Counted from the stretch's first letter, positions 49,516 through 60,885 are shown. The stretch is DNA of 64,000 nucleotides from Limisphaerales bacterium (GCA_046597605.1 JBKJKE010000237.1:22490-86489); one strand, 5' to 3'. Translations and numbers: made by a program. Notes: generated from the letters alone by a model not told the origin.

Positions 49516-51099
49516 ATGGAAGAGGGGAACAGAACACATACTCCTGCGGAACTCGTGTCGAGAGTCGCAGATGAATTTGAAGAGCGCTATCGCGCCTTGC
49601 TCGAGCAAAGTCCTAACCCCGTTTGTGTTCACCAAAATGGCCGACTTGTTTACGCCAATGCAGCGGCACTTAAGCTTACCGGTTTCCGTGGCATCCATGA
49701 ACTGATCGGCGCCTCGATCTTCGATTTCGTTCCGCCGGAGTCTCATCCGATAATCAAGGATCGCATCCGATTAATGCACGAGACTGGTCAACCACCTCCC
49801 CTCATTGAACTAAATTGTAACTGGCCCAATGGATCGCATTCGGAAGTGGAGATCATCGCCATGCCTGTACCGTGGCATGGTGAGACTGCCATCCAAATCA
49901 TCCTTCGCGATATCACCGAGCAAAAACGTGCAGAGCGCAGACTGCAAGAGAGCGAAAGGCTATTTCACCAACTTGCTGACTCAATGCCACAAATTGTCTG
50001 GATGGCCAAACCGGACGGCACAATCGATTACCGGAACGCCAAATTCTTCGATCAAACCGGATTAACGAGGGACGAAGCTGAGGCTGCTCTAGTTATCTGG
50101 CCCCTGGTCCTTCATCCACACGACGTTCAACGCGCCACGGAGAAGTGGTTCCGGTGTGTTCGCGATGGTGTTCCCTTTGAAATGGAGTATCGCTATAAAA
50201 AAAAGGGGGACGGTTACCGATGGCATCTGGGGCGAGCGCTTCCAATCAAGGATGAGCATGGGGATGTTATTCGCTGGTTTGGAACCTGCACAGATATACA
50301 TCACATTAAGACCACGGAACTTGAACTCGAACAGGCACGGCAGGATCTGGCCAATTCGAAGAAGTCTCTTCAAAAAGAGGTGAGCTCTCGGTCGGCAAAA
50401 CTAAATGCCAGCATCAAGTCTATGGAAGATTTTTGCTACAGCATCGCCCACAATCTCCGAGCTCCCGTGCGAGCCATGCAGGGCTTTTCAACCGCCCTTC
50501 TCGAAGATTACCACCACACGTTGGACCCCGCTGGTCTGGACTACATCGAACGCATCCACCACTCGGCGGCCAATATGGATTCTTTGATTCTGGACCTTCT
50601 CGCCTATGGGCGCGTGGACCATCAGGAAGTGACGCTACAGACGATCCACTTGCATGATGCAATCGAGTTGATTCTCCGGCACATGATGCCCGATGTAAAA
50701 GAGAGCGAAGCTAAGTTTGAGCTGGAGAACCTGAACTTTCAGCTGACGGCAGACGAAAACATGCTGAGATACATTTTCCTCAACCTTTTCAGCAACGCAA
50801 TCAAGTTTTCGAAGCCAGGGGAAACGCCGTCGGTTCGCATCTGGGCGGAGGAGATAGATGATAAGATCAAAGTGGTGGTTCAGGACAACGGAATCGGCAT
50901 TCAGCCCGATCATCAACAAAGAATTTTTTATGCCTTCGAACGTTTGAACGTTGTGGATCAGTATCCTGGCACAGGAATTGGCCTTGCGATCGCCCGCAAA
51001 GCAACAGCCCGACTCGGCGGTAAAATGGGGGTGGAATCACAGGTAAACAAAGGAAGCTGTTTTTGGGTTGAACTCCCGAAAGCGGGACCCGAAAAATAA
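49516..51099 (+). CDS. PAS-domain sensor histidine kinase
   Basis: Two PAS-like segments, the H-box SIAHNLRAPVRAM, an N-box and the G-box GTGIGLAI. Confidence 0.85.
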   Translation: MEEGNRTHTPAELVSRVADEFEERYRALLEQSPNPVCVHQNGRLVYANAAALKLTGFRGIHELIGASIFDFVPPESHPIIKDRIRLMHETGQPPPLIELNCNWPNGSHSEVEIIAMPVPWHGETAIQIILRDITEQKRAERRLQESERLFHQLADSMPQIVWMAKPDGTIDYRNAKFFDQTGLTRDEAEAALVIWPLVLHPHDVQRATEKWFRCVRDGVPFEMEYRYKKKGDGYRWHLGRALPIKDEHGDVIRWFGTCTDIHHIKTTELELEQARQDLANSKKSLQKEVSSRSAKLNASIKSMEDFCYSIAHNLRAPVRAMQGFSTALLEDYHHTLDPAGLDYIERIHHSAANMDSLILDLLAYGRVDHQEVTLQTIHLHDAIELILRHMMPDVKESEAKFELENLNFQLTADENMLRYIFLNLFSNAIKFSKPGETPSVRIWAEEIDDKIKVVVQDNGIGIQPDHQQRIFYAFERLNVVDQYPGTGIGLAIARKATARLGGKMGVESQVNKGSCFWVELPKAGPEK

Positions 51100-51126
51100 A
51101 AACTGCCGGTATTGCCACCGGCAGTT
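51092..51126 (-). terminator. Rho-independent terminator of icd
   Basis: Perfect 10-bp stem AACTGCCGGT / ACCGGCAGTT with a 6-nt loop. On the minus strand it is followed by TTTTATTTTTC. Confidence 0.6.
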
Positions 51127-51153
51127 CGTGCAAAAAAACGAATGTCGGACAGA

Positions 51154-52515
51154 TTACATGTGAGCAATCATGTTGTCACCGAACTCAGAACATTTGATCT
51201 GCGTACCGCCTTCCATCTGTCGTGCGAAATCATAGGTCACACGCTTGGATTGAATCGCTCCGTTGAGTCCTTTGATAATCAAATCTGCCGCTTCCGTCCA
51301 CCCCAGGTGGCGCAGCATCATCTCACCGGAAAGAACCACGCTGCCGGGGTTGACCATGTCTTTACCGGCATACTTCGGTGCGGTTCCATGAGTCGCTTCG
51401 AAAATAGCGTGCCCGGTCACGTAATTGATATTGCCACCAGGAGCAATCCCGATTCCGCCGACCTGCGCAGCCAGAGCGTCGCTTAAATAATCGCCGTTGA
51501 GATTCAAGGTTGCAATCACATCAAAATCTTCCGGACGCGTCAGGACCTGTTGAAGAGCAATATCAGCAATCGCGTCTTTGATTAGGATAGCGCCTTTTCC
51601 GAGAGCCGCTTTTTGTTCCGCGTTGGCAGCTTCCTCGCCTTTGTCTTTCTTGGTCCGTTCCCACTGTGCCCAGGTGTAAACTTTGTCACCGAAGATTCGT
51701 TCTGCCGCGCTGTAGCTCCAATCGCGGAAGGCGCCTTCGGTGTATTTCATGATATTACCTTTATGCACAATCGTCACGCTCTTGCGCTTGTTGCGAATGG
51801 CGTAATCGACCGCTGATTTCATGAGACGAATCGTTCCCACGGCAGAAACTGGTTTGATTCCCAGGCCGACAAGAAGTGGCATGTTCTCGGCGCTGTGATC
51901 AGGCGAGGCCATCTTCATGTACTCTGTAATCTTCTCCTTGGTGCCGAAACGAATCTTCGCGAAATCTTTTGGGAATTCTTTGGCAAGGAAATCGAGCACC
52001 TTCTGTGCTTCTGGGGTGCCTGCAGCGTATTCGATACCAGCGTAGATGTCTTCGGTGTTTTCACGGAAGATTACCATTTCAACTTTTTCAGGAGCCTTCA
52101 CCGGGGATGGCACACCAGTGAAATACTGAACCGGACGCAAGCAAACATAGAGGTCCAACATCTGGCGCAATGCAACGTTCAACGAACGAATACCACCCCC
52201 GACTGGCGTGGTGAGAGGTCCTTTGATCCCGACGAGGTATTCTTTGAATGCTTCGACCGTATCGTCCGGAAGCCAGTTGTTGAATTTCTTGAAAGATTCT
52301 TCGCCCGCGAACACTTCGAACCACGAGATCTTCCTTTTACCGCCGTAGGCTTTTTCCACAGCAGCATTGAACACGCGTTCGCTCGCTGCCCAGATGTCCG
52401 GGCCTGTGCCGTCACCACGGATAAAAGGAATGATAGGATTCTCTGGAACGATTAGTTTGCCGTTCTGGATCGTGATTTTACCGCCAGCAGGCGGGGTAAT
52501 GTCTTTGTAGGCCAT
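51154..52515 (-). CDS. icd: NADP-dependent isocitrate dehydrogenase
   Basis: 453 aa. [26 protein letters not shown] and [10 protein letters not shown] are typical of homodimeric IDH. Confidence 0.92.
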   Translation of the reverse strand: MAYKDITPPAGGKITIQNGKLIVPENPIIPFIRGDGTGPDIWAASERVFNAAVEKAYGGKRKISWFEVFAGEESFKKFNNWLPDDTVEAFKEYLVGIKGPLTTPVGGGIRSLNVALRQMLDLYVCLRPVQYFTGVPSPVKAPEKVEMVIFRENTEDIYAGIEYAAGTPEAQKVLDFLAKEFPKDFAKIRFGTKEKITEYMKMASPDHSAENMPLLVGLGIKPVSAVGTIRLMKSAVDYAIRNKRKSVTIVHKGNIMKYTEGAFRDWSYSAAERIFGDKVYTWAQWERTKKDKGEEAANAEQKAALGKGAILIKDAIADIALQQVLTRPEDFDVIATLNLNGDYLSDALAAQVGGIGIAPGGNINYVTGHAIFEATHGTAPKYAGKDMVNPGSVVLSGEMMLRHLGWTEAADLIIKGLNGAIQSKRVTYDFARQMEGGTQIKCSEFGDNMIAHM

Positions 52516-52540
52516 TGTTTAGTTTATTGGTTAAAGAGAA

Positions 52541-52882
52541 TTAAATTTGAGAAAATATTTTGGCTTCCAGTTCGGTAATCCTACCATCCCGGTTGGTATC
52601 GCATTTCGACACAGCATCGTTAAATTGGAAATTTTCACTGCGAACGACTTTCCGTTTATGTTCGAAAACGATCGGCAAGCTTACCTCAGTATTTCGCTCC
52701 TGACGATTCACCGCACCCTGCTTGCTGAGCGTCTGGTAGAAAATTCGGCCAGCCGCTTCGCTTTCGAATTCGACTTTCGTGCGATCCACATCACGGTAGA
52801 CAGTCTCCTGCTGGCTGATACAGCCGCAAAAGAAAACAGCTCCCATCAGAAGCACAAAAAACCCCGTGTTTCGCGTTTTCAT
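52541..52882 (-). CDS. small lipoprotein with an EF-hand-like loop
   Basis: MKTRNTGFFVLLMGAVFFCGC lipobox and a C-terminal DTNRDGRITELE. I moved the start to M62 of the tracked ORF. Confidence 0.45.
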   Translation of the reverse strand: MKTRNTGFFVLLMGAVFFCGCISQQETVYRDVDRTKVEFESEAAGRIFYQTLSKQGAVNRQERNTEVSLPIVFEHKRKVVRSENFQFNDAVSKCDTNRDGRITELEAKIFSQI

Positions 52883-52961
52883 AGAAGTTCCGTCAATTAC
52901 CAGAGCGTTGAGAGATAAGGGGATCACACCGGAAATCAAGCCGAGAATGAGTTCTGCCCCT

Positions 52962-53564
52962 TCATGACGAACTACTTCGATACCGCGCCAAAAACCCTGG
53001 GCCTGATGCAGCCAGATCTTCCTTGCGCTGCCTTGCCAGCAATTCTCCGTAAACAGAAACGTCACGGACCATCATCTGCAAACGTTTCCGAAAGCTATCA
53101 CTGACGATTTCTCCTTCCCTGACATCTTCCTTCTCGATAAACGACAATCCATAAGGAAGCGACCATGCATAACATTGGCGGGCGACCGTACGAAGCTGGT
53201 CAGTGACGGTCAAACCCTTCTCGTGCGAGGCAACGATGCTGGCGAACAGTTTTCCCGCAAATTCATGCCAAAAATGGTCCAGGAAACTTTTCATCGTACT
53301 ACTCATGCAACCATGGTAATCGGGAGTCCCCAATATCAAGACGTCAGCCTGTTCCACCCGTTCTTTCAACGGAGCATACTCCGGGGATTTGTAGGATGTG
53401 TCAGGATTGAACAAAGCCATCGGCTCCTGCTGGAAATCCAACACATCCACTGTGCATCCGAGACCTCTCAATTGCTCGGCCACATTCACAATGACGGTTC
53501 GCGTCAATGAAGCGCGATTCATGCTGCCGATGACGGCAAGAACGTGAAGAGGCTTGTCAGACAT
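52962..53564 (-). CDS. NAD(P)H-dependent FMN reductase family oxidoreductase
   Basis: 200 aa, flavodoxin-like, with LAVIGSMNRASLTR and ILGTPDYHG. Confidence 0.75.
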   Translation of the reverse strand: MSDKPLHVLAVIGSMNRASLTRTVIVNVAEQLRGLGCTVDVLDFQQEPMALFNPDTSYKSPEYAPLKERVEQADVLILGTPDYHGCMSSTMKSFLDHFWHEFAGKLFASIVASHEKGLTVTDQLRTVARQCYAWSLPYGLSFIEKEDVREGEIVSDSFRKRLQMMVRDVSVYGELLARQRKEDLAASGPGFLARYRSSSS

Positions 53565-53603
53565 GCGTTAAGGCTATCATTTTCCGGTTTCCACGCAACG
53601 GCT

Positions 53604-54674
53604 CTAAGACATCCAACCAAACATCTGAGCCATTCGGACAAATCCATAAGCCAACCCGGCACAGACCGGAATCGTCAGGACCCACGCCATGACCATCCGC
53701 TGAACCACGCTCCATTTAACCGCGTTTAGACGTTTAGCCGCTCCAACACCCATGATGGCCGAAGAAATAACGTGCGTGGTAGATAGCGGGATTCCCCAAT
53801 GGCTGGCGGAAACTATAATACCAGCCGCGGTCGTCTCCGCGGCGAAACCATGGACCTGTTGGAGCTTGACCATTTTGTGGCCAAGAGTCCGTATGATTCT
53901 CCATCCACCCGCCCACGTTCCGGCAGCCATAGTGAAAGCACAAACTATCTTGATCCAAGTTGCGATCTCTAGTGGAGCTCCTGCCGCCGGCTCCGGGGTG
54001 TGAAGAAAGCCAAAAGAGGTCGGGAGGTTGGCAAACACACCAGATTTTGTGGCGGCCACCAGGGCCAAAGCAATGATACCCATCGTTTTCTGTGCATCAT
54101 TCATACCATGGCCTAATGCCATGCCTGCACTGCTCAGTAGTTGAAGGCGACCAAAGACCCTGTTCACAGTGTTGGGACGCCAGTTACGCAAGAGGAAATA
54201 CAGCAGACCCATTATCACAAAACCGATCAGCAGACCACACACCGGTGAAATGAACATGGGATAAATCACCTTTTGGAGCAGCCCTCCTTTCTCAGCGAGC
54301 TTAATGACAGACCAATTCCCGTGGGCTGCAGCGAAAGTGGAACCAACGATCCCTCCGATCAGTGCGTGACTTGAGCTGGAAGGGAGACCGAAATACCAGG
54401 TGATCAAATTCCAGATGATCCCTGCGGTGAGCCCACACAAAATCGTGGTGGTAGTGACAAAGGCGATATCTACGATCCCCTTTCCAATCGTACTCGCAAC
54501 TTCTGCCCCCAACATGGCTCCCAGCAAATTGAAGAACGCTGCCATGGCGACAGCCTGCTTCGGGGTCAATACCTTGGTGGAAACCACCGTGGCAATCGAG
54601 TTCGCCGTATCATGGAAGCCGTTGATGTATTCAAAAATCAACGCTACCAGAATGACGCAAATAATCAGTGTCAT
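53604..54674 (-). CDS. inorganic phosphate transporter, PiT family
   Basis: GFHDTANSIATVVSTKVL and a second GMNDAQKTMGII repeat. Confidence 0.9.
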   Translation of the reverse strand: MTLIICVILVALIFEYINGFHDTANSIATVVSTKVLTPKQAVAMAAFFNLLGAMLGAEVASTIGKGIVDIAFVTTTTILCGLTAGIIWNLITWYFGLPSSSSHALIGGIVGSTFAAAHGNWSVIKLAEKGGLLQKVIYPMFISPVCGLLIGFVIMGLLYFLLRNWRPNTVNRVFGRLQLLSSAGMALGHGMNDAQKTMGIIALALVAATKSGVFANLPTSFGFLHTPEPAAGAPLEIATWIKIVCAFTMAAGTWAGGWRIIRTLGHKMVKLQQVHGFAAETTAAGIIVSASHWGIPLSTTHVISSAIMGVGAAKRLNAVKWSVVQRMVMAWVLTIPVCAGLAYGFVRMAQMFGWMS

Positions 54675-54683
54675 GCCGACTGA

Positions 54684-55313
54684 TCAGGAATTTTTCAGAA
54701 CGATGTGAGAAACAACATTGCCCGCGTCGCGACAGCGATCGATGACCTTCTCCAACAGCTCATAGAGATCGTGTACGATCAGTGCTTTCAGAGCCTCGTG
54801 TTTACCGCTGTAGAGCTCCTTCAACAGCTCGATCATGATTTTGTCCGCATCTCCTTCTGCTTGCTGCAGGCGATCGTTCAATATCTTGATCTTTTCCAGT
54901 GGCGGAATCTTGCGAAGATGTTTCACCATTTCAACCAGGGTATCACTCGCTTTGATCATGAGTTCCCCCTGGCGCATAAATTCGATACCGCTGAGTTGTG
55001 CCGCCGCAATTTTGTAGCGTTCGGCAAATTTTTCCGTTGTCTTGGTGATCTTATAGAGCGCGATGGATAGAGCCTCGATGTCCTCGCGTTCCAGTCCGGT
55101 TACAAAGGTAGTCACCAGTTCGGCGCTGATTTCCTCGGTGATCCGCTTATCTTTGCGCCGTGCGAGCACAAAATCGTCAAGAGTAATGGCCGAAGCCGGC
55201 ATTTGAAGGATCTTCACCAGCGCATGCACACTGACGTTCACTTCCTCAGCACTTGCTTCAAGAAGATCGAAGAACTTGTCACCTTTTCCAAAAATACGCT
55301 GCAACGAGAACAT
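54684..55313 (-). CDS. DUF47 (PhoU-like) phosphate-transport accessory protein
   Basis: 209 aa helical protein, the canonical upstream partner of PiT (YkaA-like). Confidence 0.85.
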   Translation of the reverse strand: MFSLQRIFGKGDKFFDLLEASAEEVNVSVHALVKILQMPASAITLDDFVLARRKDKRITEEISAELVTTFVTGLEREDIEALSIALYKITKTTEKFAERYKIAAAQLSGIEFMRQGELMIKASDTLVEMVKHLRKIPPLEKIKILNDRLQQAEGDADKIMIELLKELYSGKHEALKALIVHDLYELLEKVIDRCRDAGNVVSHIVLKNS

Positions 55314-55574
55314 AATTGCGCCTTGTCGTAACAGAATGGAAGCAAAGCGCCATTAAAAACTGCTTTGGCGTCCGACCCTAATCGGGGCGTTGTGGTGCCG
55401 CGGGATCCTCGAAGGGGCACTATTTTTAAACCGAATTCTTTCTGGGATTGCCAAAAATAATTCCGTACAGCGCAAATGGAAGACCCTTTCGCAGAGGATG
55501 CCGCGATGCATGATTTGTTTTTGGGAAGCATGGAGTGATCCACAATCCAGTCATCAACACTGCCCTTATCCGTG

Positions 55575-55740
55575 CTATTTCAGTTAGTTGGGCGTTCAGG
55601 GCCAACGGCCCGCTTTATACCAGCCTGGGTCGGAGCGATAGCGCAGGCCCAGGAACATGTCGCCTCGGTAATTCCAAGCGCTGAAGGCGCGGTCTATTTC
55701 ATTCGCACGCGTCGGGGGCATTGCTTTAGCCTTGCCAAAA
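55575..55740. repeat. short interspersed noncoding element of a type common in PVC genomes (candidate)
   Basis: It translates to ...SGPTARFIPAWVGAIAQAQE...PSAEGAVYF, which resembles the spurious SPGQ..IPAQGNALG..ALKGR peptides I remember from many PVC genomes. It contains several 5-6-bp hairpins (GGGCC-AAC-GGCCC, CCTGGG...CCCAGG). Confidence 0.35.
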
Positions 55741-55951
55741 AACAAAGTCAAAGCTGCGATCCCGGCAAAACATTGGAGAACAGTAACTATCTATGCCGCA
55801 ATCATTGAGTCTTGTTATCAAGTGTCCAAAGAAGCAGGAAGAAAACCGCAAACTATTTGCCGATACCCATGACGCAGGGTATCAGGAGACCCGCCATCAA
55901 CAAGATTTGATGAACACCGCTCCAAACAAAGTCCATCCCCTAGAAGACCGA

Positions 55952-57382
55952 TTACTCCCGCGCCTTCATGATCTCATTCCCTTTGGTGGCGCCGCCGTTC
56001 CAGCGATCCCATTTGGGATCGATATATTGGGCGAAAAAGGCACTGAGCTTTTTCTCTAAACCTTTGATCACAGGACCATTGCCCGGGATATGGATGACGT
56101 TCTCACGTTCTTCCGGGTCGCTCTCCATGTTGTAAAGTTCGTCGGGTCCGTAGGGATAACGCACCGTCAACTTCCACTTCGACGTCCGGATCATCCGCAC
56201 ATTTTCGAACTCATGATAAATCACGTTCTCCCAGTCGATTGGTTTTCCGTTGAGCGCAGCGGCAAAGCTATGTCCCGGCAAAGGGGGTGAGTTCGGTGTT
56301 TTGTCCTTGAGGCCGACGTAATCCAGCACCGTGGGGAGGAAATCATGATTGTGTACCATCAAGTCCGAAGTCTTGCCGGCATCGCCCTGCCCTGGCTTGC
56401 GGAAAATCAGCGGGATACGAACCGTTGCCTCCTGGGTATGAATCGGACGCGCGTGATCGCCCATTCCCCAATAACCGTTGTGACCGGCATTCAATCCCTG
56501 GTCTGCGCTAAACACCACAAGTGTATTCTTATCGAGACCGAGTTCCTTCAACGTTTCCATGACGCGCCCTACCCCGTCGTCGACTCCGCTGATGGCTGCG
56601 GCATAGTTGCGCATCGCCGTCACGTTGTTGATCAGGTTGCGTTGACTCTTCAGGTAGGGATTCACTTTTTCCCGGGGAAATGAATCCATGTTTTTGTCCG
56701 CGTAATAGGAGGTGTGCCGATTGTGATGCTCTTTTGCAATCGCACCTCCCAATCCGTAAGGGCCGTTGTAGGCGAGATAGAGGAAGAACGGTTTCTTTGA
56801 ATTCTGTTGAAGGAACTCCACCGCGTGGTCGGTGATGACTTCGGTGGTGTAGTTGGTCTCCACATACACCTTCCCGTCCTTGATCATATCATCATTGTAA
56901 AACTTGTCGGTGTGCCCGCCCGCTTTGGAATACCAATAGGTGAAGCCTTGTTGTGGAACATTGTTTTCGCCCAAATGCCATTTGCCGGACAGACCGCAGG
57001 TGTAGCCGTTTTCAGAGAGTATTTTTGGCAACGTCCGAAATTCTTCCAGAGTCTGATAAGCGTTAGGTCCAAGTTGTGCCGCATTCGGAATGTAGGCATG
57101 CACTCCATGTTGCGATGGGATCAATCCGGTGAGAAACGCCGCCCGACTGGGTGAACAAACCGAGTTGTTACAATAGGCACGGGTGAAGAGAGTTCCTTCC
57201 GCAGCGAGCCGATCGATATTCGGCGTCTTGATCTCTTTATTCCCATAGCATCCCAGGGTCCAGGCTCCATGATTATCCGTGAGAATGAAAACGATATTGG
57301 TCTTCTGATCAGCAGCGCTGCTCTGGAGAACAAGGCACATCACACTCAAAGTCAGGAGCAGACTACTAATAGAGTTATTCAT
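55952..57382 (-). CDS. sulfatase (formylglycine-dependent)
   Basis: Signal peptide MNNSISSLLLTLSVMCLVLQSSA and the CSPSRAAFLTGL signature. I moved the start to M48 of the tracked ORF, whose own start is TTG. Confidence 0.88.
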   Translation of the reverse strand: MNNSISSLLLTLSVMCLVLQSSAADQKTNIVFILTDNHGAWTLGCYGNKEIKTPNIDRLAAEGTLFTRAYCNNSVCSPSRAAFLTGLIPSQHGVHAYIPNAAQLGPNAYQTLEEFRTLPKILSENGYTCGLSGKWHLGENNVPQQGFTYWYSKAGGHTDKFYNDDMIKDGKVYVETNYTTEVITDHAVEFLQQNSKKPFFLYLAYNGPYGLGGAIAKEHHNRHTSYYADKNMDSFPREKVNPYLKSQRNLINNVTAMRNYAAAISGVDDGVGRVMETLKELGLDKNTLVVFSADQGLNAGHNGYWGMGDHARPIHTQEATVRIPLIFRKPGQGDAGKTSDLMVHNHDFLPTVLDYVGLKDKTPNSPPLPGHSFAAALNGKPIDWENVIYHEFENVRMIRTSKWKLTVRYPYGPDELYNMESDPEERENVIHIPGNGPVIKGLEKKLSAFFAQYIDPKWDRWNGGATKGNEIMKARE

Positions 57383-57584
57383 TGGGTCAAATTCAGATCG
57401 TTGGTTCGGGAGATGGGACGTTTTTAAAGGGTAAAAGGTTTCTGCGCAAAGATTACACCTTGCAGAACAGGTGTGCTGTTGTTTGCGGTTCAATAAAAGG
57501 CAGGAATCAATTTCGATAAACAAACAGGACTGTCCGGAACGACATTCGCCAAGATCCCAAGGGCTTAGACCTGTTATAGTCCGG

Positions 57585-57735
57585 GTTTGAATTCCTCAAC
57601 CCCAAGGGGGTTGCGCAACAAAGCCAAGGGTTGCTCGGCAAGAGCTACCCTGAGTACGATGCAATCAAATTGGCCAACCCCAAAGCGGGTTGCGTCAAGT
57701 CTTCGTTGCGGAATCCATTTGGGATTAGACACCGC
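57585..57735. repeat. short interspersed noncoding element with two AACCCC-loop-GGGTT hairpins (candidate)
   Basis: AACCCCAAGGGGGTTGCG and AACCCCAAAGCGGGTTGCG lie about 78 nt apart. The minus strand translates to LRVALAEQPLALLRNPLGV, which resembles the PRVA..SQPWA..RNPFGI pseudo-peptides I remember as recurrent in PVC genomes. Confidence 0.4.
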
Positions 57736-57745
57736 GCTTTCCCGT

Positions 57746-58729
57746 CTATCTCCGCACCACCCAGATGTTCCTGAAGAAAACAGGATTGCCGTGGCCCTGG
57801 AGGTAGAACGGCCCGCCACTTGGATCCTCTTTTTTGTTATTTCCCGCGGTGGGTTGCTTCAGTTCGAACTGATCGTGAATGGCCACTCCATTGTGTTTCA
57901 CGGTGACGAAGGCATTTTTAGTCTTGGTTCCAGCCGCGTCGTATTGCGCTGAGGTGAAGTCGATGTCGTAAGTCTGCCAGACCAGCGGAGGCAAACACAT
58001 GTTCACCGCAGGCCGGGCTTGCTTATAGAATCCACCGCATTCGTTGTCTTCACCGGTCAGGCCAAAAGAGTCCAGGATCTGAACTTCATAGCGATCTTGT
58101 AAATACAGTCCGCTGTTCCCTCGATCCTGTCCGCGGCCCAGCGGTTTGAAAGGCAGCAAAAATTCCAGATGAATCGTAAAGTTGGTGAAGCTTTCCTTGG
58201 TTCTGGAACCCGCAGCCAAAAGATGGCGTTCATCCATCACCCCATTTTCCCATGCCTCGGCATTATTACCTTCAAACAAAATCACCGCACCGACCGGAGG
58301 CTTCGCATTCAAAGTGGGACTCACCCGCTCAGCCCTTGTCATGGTCCATGGCCCCCCGTTGGTGCTCTTGATGACGAGAGAGCCCTTGGCAAGTTCAGCG
58401 CGATATCCGTTGGTTCCGATGAACACAACCTTTTCGACGGCACGTGTTCCCTCGATTTCCGTCCTGGATTTCTTATCCCACCCTGCCCCGGGCAGTCCAC
58501 CCGGGTAACTCACCAGTCGGAATGAATCGTCGCCCAGTGCGATGACCTGAACCCCTCCCCATGAGTTCGTATACTCCCCTTGCGGACCGAAATCCGGACC
58601 GGCGTTCGCTGGATCGAGAAACGTTTCCAACTCGGCTTTTGCCTTCGGCTTCTGCGGGGAGGTTTCTTTATTTTCGGCCGCGCCACAGAGTGCAGCGACC
58701 AGAACAAACGGAACAACGATCCATTTCAT
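57746..58729 (-). CDS. DUF1080 (3-keto-disaccharide hydrolase-like) domain protein
   Basis: Signal peptide, then HLEFLLPF...GNSGLYLQDRYEVQILDSFG...WQTYDIDF...GPFYLQGHGNPVFFRNIWV. Confidence 0.85.
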   Translation of the reverse strand: MKWIVVPFVLVAALCGAAENKETSPQKPKAKAELETFLDPANAGPDFGPQGEYTNSWGGVQVIALGDDSFRLVSYPGGLPGAGWDKKSRTEIEGTRAVEKVVFIGTNGYRAELAKGSLVIKSTNGGPWTMTRAERVSPTLNAKPPVGAVILFEGNNAEAWENGVMDERHLLAAGSRTKESFTNFTIHLEFLLPFKPLGRGQDRGNSGLYLQDRYEVQILDSFGLTGEDNECGGFYKQARPAVNMCLPPLVWQTYDIDFTSAQYDAAGTKTKNAFVTVKHNGVAIHDQFELKQPTAGNNKKEDPSGGPFYLQGHGNPVFFRNIWVVRR

Positions 58730-58904
58730 GCACCGAAAATGTCTTGAGGAGCTGGAAAGTTAAAGCAGAAAACAACCGAGGCAACACGATGACCTCGCTA
58801 CGTTTAAAAGACCTGAATGGCCCCATGGTCCCCAGGCTCTCAAATGAAAGAGCCGCCCGGTTGCCCCGAGCGGCTTTGTGTTTTCTCATGCGATCGTTCA
58901 GCGT

Positions 58905-59846
58905 TTATGCCGTCACCACAACTACCACTTCACTCCGCGCACTTTCCCCACCGTTATTCACGGCCGAGATGGATACCTCCACCTGAGAAGCCGCCGGCAT
59001 GGTCTCGATCATGTAGTCGAGATCCGTCGGACTTCCCACCGGTATCGCTTCGTCGTCCACACCGATCACCTTCAACCAGACACGATAATACTCCGCCCGT
59101 GCCGACTTCGCCCATTTCACTGCAGCTTTCCCTCCCGCCTGCAGGACAATAGTGATCTTCCCTGGACGCTCCGGCGCCTGTTTGAGCCCCGGTTGATTCA
59201 ACCCAAACGCATCCCAGCGCCCATCGATCGGTCCGACCACCCGTTTGAGTTCCTCCACCACTCCGCGGATACGGCTACGCAACACTTTCTCTTTCTGTTT
59301 GCGTGCTGCGAGCAGTGTCCGAACTGCCCCGCGTTTCACCGTCACCGCCTCCTTGGCCGTGGAAAGCGCGGTGAGGGCAGCTTCCACAAGCGCCGCTGTC
59401 GCGACATCTTCCACTTCGTGCTGCGGGTTGGACGTGTAAAACGCCTTTAACGACCGCAACAGTTCTTCCAGGCGAGCGACCGATTTCGGAACGACGAGTG
59501 TGCTCGTGAATCCCGTGCCTTCCCATCGCACGTTGTAACTGCGTCCGAAGGAACGTTTGAGTGAATCGCGAACCACGAAGGCGATGTCATAGGCGTCCGT
59601 TTGTTTGAGGGTCAACGCGGTCCGCAACCCGCGCAGATCGTGTTTCCCCTGGAGAAGCGAAGCCGTTCCGTTGGTGACACCCAGGACATCGGCATCGACT
59701 AACGGTTTGGTGGCGACCACCAACCCGAGACCGGCGGCATGGGCTGCTGCTCCGGAACTAACGAGGTTTCCGGCTGCGACGAGACTGGCGACTGTTTTAT
59801 ATGGTTTCTGCTGCACTGTTTTCCTTTTCTGTCCGACGTCCGCCAC
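58905..59846 (-). CDS. hypothetical protein with a C-terminal fibronectin type III-like domain
   Basis: 313 aa. The C-terminus AEYYRVWLKVIGVDDE...VSISAVNNGGESARS is FN3-like. The N-terminal two thirds are helical with no family recognised. Confidence 0.5.
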   Translation of the reverse strand: MADVGQKRKTVQQKPYKTVASLVAAGNLVSSGAAAHAAGLGLVVATKPLVDADVLGVTNGTASLLQGKHDLRGLRTALTLKQTDAYDIAFVVRDSLKRSFGRSYNVRWEGTGFTSTLVVPKSVARLEELLRSLKAFYTSNPQHEVEDVATAALVEAALTALSTAKEAVTVKRGAVRTLLAARKQKEKVLRSRIRGVVEELKRVVGPIDGRWDAFGLNQPGLKQAPERPGKITIVLQAGGKAAVKWAKSARAEYYRVWLKVIGVDDEAIPVGSPTDLDYMIETMPAASQVEVSISAVNNGGESARSEVVVVVTA

Positions 59847-60255
59847 ACTTTTTTGATGTGACAGAAGGTGTTTTTTTGTTGTGACACCTGCGAATCATTC
59901 GCTCAATTTCGAACTGGGAAGTTTATGCCATATCGACGGGTGGTCGCATAAGGCCAATCATTGGTATCAATCGCTGGCCTCCCCCCTGCACCGTTGTTAA
60001 CCCCTTGATCTTCAGGACTTTAAAAATGTGAAAAAAAAGTGATTTATGAGCGATTTTCCCAAAGTTGGCAGACGCCAAAGCGGGGTAAATGACACGAATC
60101 CTGAGGGAGAAGTTGAAACCTGCCCGTTTCTATTCGTGTTTTCTTGTGTTCATTCGTGGTTAACGGCTTTAAATGCGTGAAATTTCTGTTGAACCGTCTA
60201 AAACCGACCGGTGCAACAAATAGATCTGGCGAACAACAGGGATTATCAACGGGCA

Positions 60256-60846
<591 letters not shown>

Positions 60847-60885
60847 TCAGCAAGGGAACTCTGCTGATGTTCTCTCCAGAAAGAC

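Noticed and set aside
59850-60125. A tRNA gene, integrase or direct-repeat att sites marking the 60-63 kb island as an integrative element.
   Set aside because: No tRNA-like T-arm or acceptor sequence and no recombinase ORF was seen on either flank (59850-60125 and 63200-63420). Only the inverted CACGRAT motifs were found, and these are reported separately with low confidence.
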